Shown piece after piece: positions 51,971-64,000 of a stretch of DNA of 64,000 bases. The stretch is taken from assembly GCF_009914755.1 (NCBI RefSeq), contig NC_060938.1; one strand, written 5' to 3'. The DNA comes from the human T2T-CHM13v2.0 reference genome, Homo sapiens. Under the pieces are notes generated by a model, which saw nothing but the letters and a program-made list of their open reading frames with translations, did no database searches and was not told where the DNA came from. Made by a program: the position numbers and the translations under genes. Position 1 is the first letter of the stretch; the number at the start of each line of letters is the position of its first letter.

Positions 51971-54699
51971 CCAGTAAGTGGTGGAGCCCAAATTTGGTCC
52001 CAGGCCTTTCTCACTGCAGAGACAATCTTAATGCTTAGTGTGTGATTTGTGCTAGGGATGCTGAGGCACACACTTGGCTGGTCTCCCTGACTCTATTCTT
52101 GCACACATTACTCCCTCCCGAGCACTATTATTGGGCTACTCTTAGGAAAAGTTCACCTTGATAGCTCCTGTTTCCCTTCCCAAACAAGTCTAACCTCCTT
52201 TTCCTGGCCTTCAAAACATGCATGAAAATAGTCATCTTGGCTAGAATCACGGCTCTGCTGTCAAGTTCATTTATTTGGTTATGACTTTGGTTAAGCATAT
52301 TCTCCATTGTTCTTTCCGATGACAGATGCCATGAAAATCATTATTCATTTGATCATTTACTGATTAAGAGCCTGGGCCTTAGAATCAGAGACGTCTGGAG
52401 GCAGTAATTATGTTTTAGGGCTTTTGACAAATTACCGAATCTCTATGAGCCTCAGTTTCCTTAATCTAAGATGAGTGCAATAATAAAACCTACCTAACAG
52501 GGTTTTTGAGAGGATTAAATGAGATAATGGAACCAAAACCCCACAGCACAGTAACTGGCATACAATAAGCAGTCGTACATGTCACTTAATTTGATGATGG
52601 TCTGTCTGTTTAAGTTATAACTGGAGCAACCAATAAAGTGATTTTTTTTTTCTTAACTCCCAGGACAGGGTCAGAAGAGGGTGAGAAGTTTGGCAGGTGC
52701 TGGTTTGGAACCAGGTAGGGTGTTTTCTGAATTCCGTGGTCTGGTCTGCGGAAGAACTACAAAGGAGTATGCTTTGAGAGGTCTTGAGTTTCCACAACAT
52801 CTTTCCTTATTTCCTGTCTTAGGAATTTAAGTGGGATCATCTTTGCACTGTACCTGCTGCCCCAGTGGAAGCTGAATGCCTTTTCAGGGTAACATTCCCT
52901 GTTAATCCAACACTGCTCTTTGGTCTCTCACAGGGTGGATTGTGGGGCAGTTCATTTCCATGTTTCAATCCCATTGGTTAAACACGGACAGGGCTTCCAG
53001 GGTCCTGTTTTTATCTCCATGGGGGTATGTGTGGGAGAACCAATGGTATCAGTATGTACTCCGGAGGGCTCCTCGACCTTGGATAAGGAGAAGTTCTCCG
53101 TGGCTGTCCAGTAGGCAGAGGTGGCAACTGAATTTACTTCCTTCTAGCCCCATTCTGGATGCTTTTATTGACAGATAAAACCCCCACCCATGCCCATTTC
53201 TTTTCCCAGAAATGCCAGAATCTGATTTTGGGTCCCAGTACCAATTTCTCAAGTTCCTTTTGCACCCTGCCCTCGCTGCAGTGAATTCTCCTGAGTGCTG
53301 TTCCTTTACTCTTTTGCCTGGGCAGAGTGCAGTGGCAGAAAACAGTCTGTTTCCCTTGCAAAAGACATCTGCCCTTCCTCCGATTTCCACTTTTCACCTC
53401 TGTTCAGAGGCAGATGGCTTGTAGCCAATACTCATTTCAAGCAGGACATTTACATATTCCTGTCCTATTGATGGAAATAAAATAAGCTTGGGAAAGCCTA
53501 GAGTTATAGAGAGGTGATGACCAGCTGACAGGAGCCAGCCAGGAAGGCCTCCTGATCCCTTGGTTAAAAACATGTTTGTTTATATGGCACATCTCAGGGC
53601 TGCTACCTTTCCAATGCCATTCAGGGCAGGTAAGAGTCAGGCAGACTCGTTCACCTGAAACAGGAGATGGTGAAATTCTGGGGTGATAAAAGAAAGCATA
53701 ACAATAGTGGCAGTAATATAACACATTTAAAATTCTACATCTGCCTGGAGGGCCTTTAATCAAGGATTTCAAAACACTTTCCCAGATCTTGCCCATTCAT
53801 CTTTACCACATCCCTGGGAAACAGCTGGCAGGTAGGTAGCAGAGCATTAAAATTAGGGTACTGTATCATTATCTTTGATATCAGCACTATTTGTTTAGAC
53901 AGCATTTTTTTCTGAAGAACTAAAGAGCTCCATACACATTATATTATCTGATTCTCACTTAGTCATACAACATCCCCCATATTTGCTGACTTGCAGGTAG
54001 TTTGGAAAGCTTTGGATCCACAGAAATGCATTACTTTACTGCCTACTCCCTCCCCTCCCACTCCTGCATAATTCACAGGCACTTCCCACTGATGGCTGGC
54101 TGACTTTAAGCTGCCAGTACCATGGGCTGGACCACCTACCTTGTCTATCACCAAGACACAAGCACCCTCAGCACATACATTCAGTTTTATGTCAGTGATA
54201 CCAAAGGCTGTAGGAAGAACAAATCATAAATTCCCTCATCAGATTTCATTTGAGTCTAGTTTGTTGGGTTTTAAAACCTCACTTGTATGGCTATTAGATG
54301 GATTTCATGATTAGTATGAAGATACACCATTGGGAATGGATCTGCAGGGTCTACCAATCATATAAACCCATGGTTGAGGCTAAGCTTCTAGCACAGTCTC
54401 TGTCCACCTTGAAAGTGGGCATCACCTTTACAATTGGCCCAGGGGATTGCTTTGATTTGTAAGAACTTCTGTATTTCCCTTTCACTGAAGTCATCAGGCA
54501 AGTGATATTCTTCTGTTATGTACTTATAGTACATGTTACAGTTGTAAAGAATCAATCAATTGTATAATTGTTTCCTTATTTGTCTTCTCCACTATCCTAA
54601 TAAGCTCTACAAGGGCAGGAGCTGCATTTGTTCTAATCACCCCTATATTTCCAGAGTTAAGCACACATCAGATGCTTAATAAAAATATCTGTTGAATGA

Positions 54700-55009
54700 G
54701 GCTAGGCACGGTAGCTCAGACCTGTAACCCCAGCACTTTGGGATGTGGAGGTGGGTGGATCACTTGGGGTCAGGAGTTCGAGACCAGCCTGGCCAACATG
54801 GTGAAACCCTGTCTCTACTAAAAAATACAAAAAAAAAAAAAAAAAAAAAAATCAGCCAGGCGTGGTGGTGCACATCTGTAATCCCAGCTACTCAGGAAGC
54901 TGGACCACAAGAATTGCTTGAACCCAGGAGGCAGAGGTTACCGTGAGCTGAGATGGTGCCACTGCACTCCAGCCTGGGCGACAGAGTGAGACTCCATCTA
55001 AAAAAAAAA
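54700..55009 (+). mobile_element. AluS-type element with an expanded central A-run (~54829-54851), inserted in an L2 tail; TSD ATCT(G/A)TTGAATGA
   Basis: GGCTAGGCACGGTAGCTC...GGTCAGGAGTTCGAGACCAGCC...GACAGAGTGAGACTCCATCT-A(n). Confidence 0.92.
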
Positions 55010-55379
55010 TCTATTGAATGAATGAGGGAAAAAATAATGGCATTTATCACACTGAACATTCTCTGGCTTAGGGCTTCTAATCACACCCTTTCTGCACTGG
55101 TGTAAGTTCCATGTCCGGGCATCATAATGGCCCCCACCCCCATGCCATATAATCACGCACCCTGGGAAATGCAGCCTTGCCAACCCTCCCCCTTCATTTT
55201 CCTCAGTCCTTGAGAAACACAGGTGCTGCTTAGATAGAAGCCTTATATTTGGCCCAGTCTCTTCCAATAATTTAGTTGAGCTCTGGGCTCAGAATTTTTA
55301 TATGGCCTGCTCAAAAAGCCCAGTGCTTCCAGCAAAATCTCTCACTTGCACCTGTCCCTGTGGTATGGAGAGAGAAACA

Positions 55380-55565
55380 CATAAACTCTGGGGCCATAGA
55401 AACTTGAGTTAAAATCTTAGTTCTACTGCTTATAGCTGTGTGACCTTGGCCAAATCTCTTACCTCTTTGAGCTTCCGTTTCTTCAGCAGTTACCTGGAGA
55501 TGATAACATTCACATTGGGTTGTCGTGCGGGTGACATGAGAAAGCACAGGCAGCAGGCTCAGCAA
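55380..55565 (+). mobile_element. MIR SINE (antisense to SLC8A3)
   Basis: TTGAGTTAAAATCTTAGTTCTACTGCTTATAGCTGTGTGACCTTGGCCAAATCTCTTACCTCTTTGAGCTTCCGTTTCTTCA. Confidence 0.7.
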
Positions 55566-58500
55566 GTGATGGTTCCCTTTCCTTCCCCTCTTTCCTTGAC
55601 CCCTTCCTTTGACTTATCCACCCTCCTGGCTGCCAGTTATCGTCTGGATGCCTCTAGCTGTCATTCCCTAGGTTTTCGGCTCCATGCTGGAAGAGTTGAT
55701 ACTCAGACTATATTTAGATGCCTTAGCGCTTTCATTTTTTTATACCACTGTGTTGCTATGGTGATGGTGGGGAGGGGAGGGGAAGGACAGCTTGAAAGGA
55801 AAGATGGAGCTCAGCGGTGAGGATCGGTGGCCTTGGCTGTGGACTGTTCCTGGCTGGTACTCTCCAAGGAGATTTACCTGTGCATTCCATCAGGAGATGC
55901 AGTAAGGAGACAGGAGGAGGCAGTGCTTAGTAAAGGCTCGCAGGAAAAGAGAAGATAAAGAGGACTGACTGTTGAAAACTGCTCGCTACACTGGCCCAGA
56001 CACAGCCTTAACTCCAGGAACCTTCCTTAAGTGGCTTCTCTAGCAATTGAGTCAGGAGACAGCAAATGGGGTTGGGTGGAGAAATGACATCAGTTATGTT
56101 GGAGTTTGGAAGATGTTCAGACCAGACTCCTTCACAGGAAGAAAGTCCCATCTTTATACCATGGCCCAGGATTGTCATGGATTCTATTGATTAAGGAAAC
56201 CAAAGTTGTACACGGGCAGAAAAGAGAAGTCCTTTTATTTGTGCACGGAGCTCCATACACTCAGTGGATTTGAATGCCTACATGGTAGGCTCCAAGCTGA
56301 TGTAAAAAATTGCACTGTAGAATGATCCAGTGTTCCTAAAATGGTTACACATCATTTCACTGGGTCCTCAAAAGTGGCCTGGTGAAGTGGGATTATCTTT
56401 ACATGAGGAAATGACATAGATAGGTTGGCAACTTGCCCAATGTCACACAGCTGGTAAATGGCAGAGCAGAGAATTGAACTCAAGCCACCTGGACTCCAAA
56501 TCTAATGTTCTTTCCAGTATACCAATGGTTACCAAAACTAATTATTTAAAGCTGAAGAAAATTTATGTGAAGATGAAAGCCTTTGGTGAAATAGAACCAA
56601 ACAAAGCGGATACAAGCCGAGACACTCAAGTTGAAGTGGAGAATCTCCCTTCGACAAAACCTCCTTCCACTTCACCTGCCAGAAGAGAGGGTCCTAGGCA
56701 GCACTTCTATAAGGGTAGTGGTTGAAGTACCCATATTAGAAACATCTGGTATAATTGTAAAAGTGCCAATTCCTAAGTCCCAGTCCCAGATTCTAATTTG
56801 TAGATCTGGGGTACTTTTCTTTGGACAAGCACCCAGGAAATTTGGATAAATACTAATTTAACTGGAGTTAAACAAACAACTCTTGACTCAGAAAATTGGG
56901 AGATGGAATAAAATTGCATCACCTATCTCTTTTTCCTATCTGATTCCTCGAGCTCATTTTTAGCAGCCTGAAGTCAGGCATGTCAAAACAATCAGGCTGG
57001 ATTGTCTTGTGAAGTTTTCCAACTGCCCTCTGGGCCTCCATCAGTGGCTGATCCCTGGGCTCTAGGCTATGTGGGTCATCAAGGTCCAGGTGAGGCCACA
57101 GCCATTGTCTGACCTTGGTGGGGTCATCATTGTGCCTAACAGCAGATACAAGGAGACTCTGGGTGGAGGGCAGGGAAGAAGGGTATTGGATTCAAGAGCA
57201 CAGGAGGGGATGTTTATCAGATGAAAAGTCCCAAAGGAGCATGCAAGATTGGGACTAAAAATATGTTTATTGGCCAAAGCAGAAGGTTTGGGAAAATCTG
57301 CAGGGAAAGAATGCCTAATTTCTCATTCATCAAAGGGTTGAAAGAACAGTATGAAAAATGAAGGAGATTCTGAAGGTGCTGTTGAAGGGAGAAGTCAGTG
57401 TAAGATTTTTAGTTCTCCTAAATTCGGAGGACCTTAGGATGCTCCCCTCCCTTATAAATAACAGCTTCCTATGGGCAAACACTGTGCTTTACATACATTT
57501 AATCCTTCTCATTGAATCCTTCTCAGAGCACTATTAAGTACTAGTAGCATTTCTATTTTGCCCATGAGGAATCTGAAGCTATTAGAAGTCAGGTAACTTT
57601 GTCCAAGGTCACCCAGCTAGGAAGTGACAGAACTAGGATTTGACCCCAGTGGTCTGATTCCAAGACCCCTGCATACTTGTCCAAAACCGACTGACCCTAA
57701 ATAGGTGTAAATAGTCCAATTAAATATCCTTGATAAGATTTTCTAAAAATATCAGATTTCAATTTTTTTAAAATAATTTCTTGGGGGGGTGACCCTACTT
57801 AGCTGAAGCTTTTAGGTAATCCAGCACCAGGTAGGTGAAGGAACGTCTCCAAGGGGGTTATATTCCTAATCTCCTTTGCTGCTGCCTGCTCTGGCAGGAG
57901 ATTGCATTTGTTCAGTTGTTTTTACAAAATCTTCTTAAAACAAAATCTTATTAAATCAACAATAACAACAACAACAATGAAACATATTTATTATGTAAGC
58001 CCTGCATACAAGGCAGAGCTGAGATCCCATTTCCTGAAGAAACTGTCCCCATGACTCAGGTCTGCAAGCCCTCTTCCTCTTCCGAACCTGGTCTCATTTC
58101 TAGTTTGTAGCTGCCACGTGGCACCCAGCACATACAACTTCTGTCTTCTCTCACCTTGCCCTGTAAGCCCCATGGGAGTGTAGCTGTGTCATACACCTCT
58201 CTGTTTCTCCAATGCTTGGCCAACTGAGGCTAGCTTAAGCCATCAAGCATTCCTCTGAACCAAAGGGAAAATGAAATTGAAGGAGGCCAAGGAATTATGG
58301 GCACAGAGGGAGGCAAGAATGGATAGCCCAAATTCACCAGCCTTCTGTGTAATTTCAATACTGATGGAAATGCTCTTGAATGCATTTCTTTCTTCCCCAT
58401 CTGTACCAATTCCCTTGGGTCATAATTAACTTTCATATCCCGGCAATTTTTCCTGGGGTCAAGGAGGGACAGGTAGGGAGAGGAGGGAAACAGGGGCAGG

Positions 58501-61500
58501 AAGGAGACGTGACCTAGTCACACCTCACAATCTGAGCTCATGGTCCAAAGGAAGGTGGCCAATTCTGATTTTAAAAACCTTCATAAGTTTAGGCTCCACA
58601 TGATTAGTTTCTACTGTTCCACTTTGGAGACTGACCTAGCTCCTCTCCCCAGCATCTCCTTTAGATTCTGACCACATACGTAGAGTGATTGTTTTTCCAA
58701 GAATCCATGCCTCAAGCATGAAGCCTTCTGATGAGATTTATCATCTCCGGAGAGCTCTTTACAGTGGACAAAATGCTTCCCCATGCATGACCATTCAGAG
58801 TTTCCCAACCACCCTGCAGGTTGGGCAGGGCAGTTATCAAGGACCTCACTTTACTGCTGAAATGAAATTATGGGGTTAGTTTTGGGGGTATATTGGTCTG
58901 TTTCCTCTCTCCCAAAGGAAAACAAAATCCTGTTGGGGATTCAGCTGCAAACGTCTTAAGTTTTGGAGGAAGAAGAGAAAGAGAGGCAAGTCCTTTTTTC
59001 CAGAGACAATTAACTCTAGCCCTGGTCAGCAGACAATTGACTGTATTTCTTATAACTTGTTGCCTACTATCAACTTCTAATCCCTGAAGGGTAGAAAGCC
59101 CCAATAATCCTTTGCATGTGCACTAGGCACTTCTGTTTACAGTTATTTCATTTTATTCTCTTAACAGCCCAGTGAAGTCTATGCAGTTAGGCTCACTTCC
59201 ACTTGACAGTTACAGGAATTGAGACCCAGCAGTGTCAAAAAATCTGCCCAAGTTCACATAGATGGTAAATGGTACAGCTCAGCTTAGGCTCATGTCTTCA
59301 GAAAATGAGGCCAGGGATCTTTTTAATACTCTATTCCTCTCTGTCTTTGAGCATTACCCAATCCATACCTGGACATTCCGGAGGCAAAAAAGCAGTATAT
59401 GAAGATGGTCCATTTCCATGGATCAAGGGTATTACAACACAGAAGAGAAGTTAAGAGTGAAGATCTTGTTGTCAGGTTGACCTATGTTTGAGTCATGACT
59501 GACCACTTATAGCTGAATAACATTGGGAAAAGCACCTTTTTAAGCCTCTATATTCTCATCTATAAAAGGATGTGATAATTAAGTGAGATGCCCTCCTGCA
59601 AATTACTTAGCAGAAATTGCTCAATAGTAACTAATTGCTGTTGTTGTGATTCTTGACAATGCTCCTGATATTAATCACTAAATCTGTTTTAATTAAGGGG
59701 TCCTGCATAACATTGTATCACCTTGGTTATGTTCCAAGATGGAGGTGGTATCTCACATGCTTAGGCATCTTCTCTATTTCACCAACTTTCCTATTTGCTT
59801 TCCTAAAAGCGGCTATAATGTTGCTTCTTTAGCACACCCTCCATTAAGAGTAGTTTCAGTGTCTGCTGTTGTCAACCTTCTAGGGCTTGAGGATAGAAAT
59901 CCTGTGAGCAGGTGGTTATCTTATCTTTTCACCCTGCTGGTCATTATTCAGCCAAGCTGAACACATTTTTTTCTTTTCATGTTTTTCCTCACACTCTGTT
60001 TAGTCAAGTTTCTAAAGTAGCAAACTTGTCATTGAAGTGACCAGACAGAACACTTAGCATTTTTCTCACATGCACACATTTTCAAAGTACTTTTCCATCT
60101 CTCTCCAATGCTCAATGTCTAGAGGGAATGTGGTGTTTTGGAGCATGGCATTAAGAGAAGGGAAAATTGAATGTTTTCTGGAATTGCTATATGCCTAATG
60201 GAGACTTGGAAAATATCCATTGAGAAAGAGGAGAAACGGAGTTGGAGTGAGAAATTAAGAAACTGTCTCAGCTCAGAAAACTGGATTTCAGGGTCTGAAG
60301 AGCTCTAGGTCTCCAGATTCCTAGAATTCTGTTTCCCAAATGGTACTTGTTTGACATTGGACATGGGAGGTGTCAAGAATGTGATGGAAGAATGAGTAAT
60401 AACGTTTATAAGGTGGATGATGGAAGGGAAGACATGGTTAGACAAACTGTGTAGTAGGGGAAGGATGGAAAAAGGCTTTACTGGACCTCAGAAATTAAAT
60501 TCCATTTACAAATGTCTATTGAGTTTCCATGGGCAAAGTATGTGATAGGCATTAGGGGGTAAAGAAGTTAAAAAGACGAGTAAGACATTGTTCTTTATCT
60601 TAAGAGCTTCACATGACATGGACAAACATTGAGAAATAGTGACCCAGAATCCATCAAGGCCAAATTCATAACCTATAGATTCTCTATCTGTGGAAATTTC
60701 TTCTGAGCACTGGTGTTGGGAAGGGGAATAGATTAGCACCCCATTTTTCATGCACAACAAAACAAAACACACCAACACACAAAATTGTATAGGAATAGTA
60801 ATAATTATTATTATTTACTACTAAAAAAACACATACAATCAGATTATGATTTCTTTCCTTCTATGCATTCTCCTTGGACTGTACTGGTATTGCCATGAAG
60901 GTGAAATATTGACCTGATTTCTCCTGGATAGCAATGTTTGCAGTTCAATCTGGTAACTACTTAATGTGATGCCCCAAGGCCCTTCTCTTACCTTTAACCC
61001 GACCCACCTCCCCGCCTGCAATGACCCACATTGACTGAATCCCTACAACATGCCCAGTCCCATTTGGCACCTGGTAAATGTCAGGTATCATAATACGATG
61101 CCAACGTTATGCAGAGATGAATAAAACAGTTTCAAGATTTCGCAGTCCAATGGGGAAAGCAGACATGTAAGCAGATATTTATACTGTAGTCTCTGATTTA
61201 TGAAACTGGGAAGAGCCTCAAAGACTTCAAAGTTCCAATATGTCCTATGCCACATGTTGTTTAATAAAATAACAGCTAATACTTACATGTCATTTAATAT
61301 GCTTCAGGCACTACTATGTATGCTTTATATGTATTAACTCATCAAATCTCCACAACACACCAGAGTAGGAACTATTATTACTCCTCTCTCAAAAATGATA
61401 AAAACTGAGGCACAAGAAGGTTAAGTCACAGCTAATAAATGATAGAGACAGAAAGTGAACTGAGGAGGTCTAGCTCCATAGTGCATGTCCTTAACCACTA

Positions 61501-61811
61501 TACTATACTGCCTTTCAAATGAGATAATAAAAATTGCTTTTCAATGAAATGGAGGGAATTGTGGCCTCTCTCATCACCTCCGAGTCTCTCTCTGGCTTCT
61601 TTATAGCCAGCATTTATTGAGTGTTCTTTATGTGCCACATACTATGCTAAATGCTTTCAACACATCTCATTTAAGTCTCCTTCAACTTGATGAGACAGGT
61701 ACTAGCATTATCTTCATTTTACAGAGGAGGGAATTGAGAATAAGAGAGATTCAGTAAAATCCAAAGTTGCACAGAGAAGCGAGATGAAACCGGGATTCCA
61801 GCCTAGCTTAG

Positions 61812-62185
<374 letters not shown>

Positions 62186-64000
62186 AATTTCTTTCTTTTT
62201 TTTTCTAAGACAATGTTGTAGCACCAAAGCCTTCATTTGACCTGATATCTTCTTCCTCTGTAATGGGCTATTTTTGCTGGAATCTCAAGAACAATAGGAC
62301 AAGTATCTCCAGTTCCCTCTGCCTAAGACCAGACATGCCAAACCTTCTGCTCTGGGAATGTGTTTGCATCCACCTCTTTCTGAGATGAATCAGATTCCAT
62401 AAACCACCCTCTACTACCCAGAGTCAATGCTGAGTTACGTGTGCTGGAGGGAAACCGATGGGGCTGTCAGTAGAGGAGCCCCGTGAAGTTCCAAAGGCCC
62501 TGATCGACTGGAGGCAGACTGCTGCTGATGTCAGCTTCTATAGGTACCACTATCCAAAGCCTTATGATTTTCCAAGAAAAGAAATATTCTCAAGAATCTC
62601 TAGCCATCTAACATAGTTTTAAAATTGCTACAATTGCCCAAAGGGAAAAATAATTCAGAATCTTTCTTACCTCCAGATGTCCTTGTCAAAGTCCAGGCTA
62701 GCATATCTTTAGGATAACCATCATAAAAATGAGAAAAGGAAAAGCATTTAATGTGAAGAAGAAGAACAGGAAGACACAGGCAGATGGCGCTCTGGAGGAG
62801 CACAGCCCTCCTAAGGAAGCTCTTAGGCTGCTGTGCAACTTCCATTTATCTTCTCAAACTTCCTGGAACATTGGCCGCTGATGTACCTTATCTATCTATT
62901 GATGGCCCAGAAGTCATATAAACACTGTCTATCAATGGCTACCGGGACTTGTGTCCAGCAGGTTCAGACACTTGCCATTTGATCTCATTTATCTGCACTT
63001 TTTTTTCCTTAATGCTCTGCCATAAAAAAGAGTTAAAAGCTATAATCTCCCCCTTTTTCATGTCTTAAGCAGTTACTCTCCAACAAATATTCAAACTCAT
63101 TTTCTGAATGTACAGAAAAATCATTTGAGCTGCCATTTACAATTTTAGCTCTTAGGTAAATCAAACAAATTGGAAGCAATTGCTGTAAGAGCTGTACAGG
63201 CAAACAAATTCAGCTCCATCTCTCATATGTTTCTGCTTCATGGAATTTAAGCTCCATGCACCATCCGTCATTTCTATTTTATAAAAGACGTGCATGGACC
63301 AGAACTTTGCAGCCCATGTTAAACAGGAAATTAACTAACAAGTTCTCTAAATATTCATGGTGCATCTACATATGCAAGGAAATGTGCTACAAATTGACAA
63401 GGCATAAATTGGATTCTCTGTCCACCAAGAGATTGAAATATATGTGTACAATAGGTAATATTTCATAATTATAGAACAGGTGCTACAGGAAGTGTGTAAT
63501 CAATGGAGAGAGTATTCACTTGGTAGGTATTAAAGGTTCTTGAAAGGGCTGGGATGGAGCAGGTCATTGAGAATACAAAAGATTCAGGTAAGTGAGGGGC
63601 AGAGATTAGGAAAAGAAGATTATGAATACTGAGGCACTGAAACAAGAAAATATGAAGTGCATTTAGCAGACAGTGGGTAGGCCCATGTGGCCAGAGCAGA
63701 AAGGTTGTGGGGGCAAGTAATGAGATATACATCTGTTTGGTGTTGCTCTGAGAACTAACAAAGCCCCTTATCTAAATAGGAGTCCCTTGAGAATAGAATT
63801 CATCTAGGTAGGTTTTCTGGGGAAGCCAGTGCCCACCAGTCTCCTGTGGATACTGCTCTTTCTTTCCTAAGGATTGCTTTAGAAGCAAATCCCTGAGAGC
63901 TGTGTCAGCTAGGATAACTCTCTCTGCTACTCTCAGGTAACGGCTCCTTCCCCATCAGGCTATCAATGCTTCTCCTGCTGCTTCTGACACCTGAGTCACT

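Overview
Primate (almost certainly human) genomic DNA, rich in repeats (Alu, L1, L2, MIR, ERVL, MLT, DNA transposon fossils). It contains the 3' ends of two convergent, well-known genes, which matches the human 14q24 SMOC1/SLC8A3 locus from established knowledge. On the + strand is the last exon of SMOC1: a 14-17 nt coding tail plus a ~2.1 kb 3'UTR ending near 7860. On the - strand is the 3' half of SLC8A3 (Na+/Ca2+ exchanger NCX3): mutually exclusive exons A (39322-39428) and B (36334-36437), the 18-nt microexon C (31298-31315), four constitutive exons and a ~1.7 kb 3'UTR ending near 19720. Positions ~39.4-64 kb belong to the large upstream SLC8A3 intron. Most ORFs in the supplied track are spurious. 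I see no new gene system. The most interesting signals are regulatory: (i) tandem ACUAAC motifs, a ~180-nt AG-free pyrimidine tract and a cryptic acceptor directly behind exon A; (ii) a candidate intronic promoter (MEF2/TATA/RFX-like) with MIR-derived splice donors that could yield N-truncated NCX3; (iii) SRRM4-type microexon architecture with an MBNL/RBFOX motif cluster; (iv) tandem splice acceptors in both genes; (v) strong CTCF motifs. Repeat boundaries and subfamily names were called by eye and are approximate.
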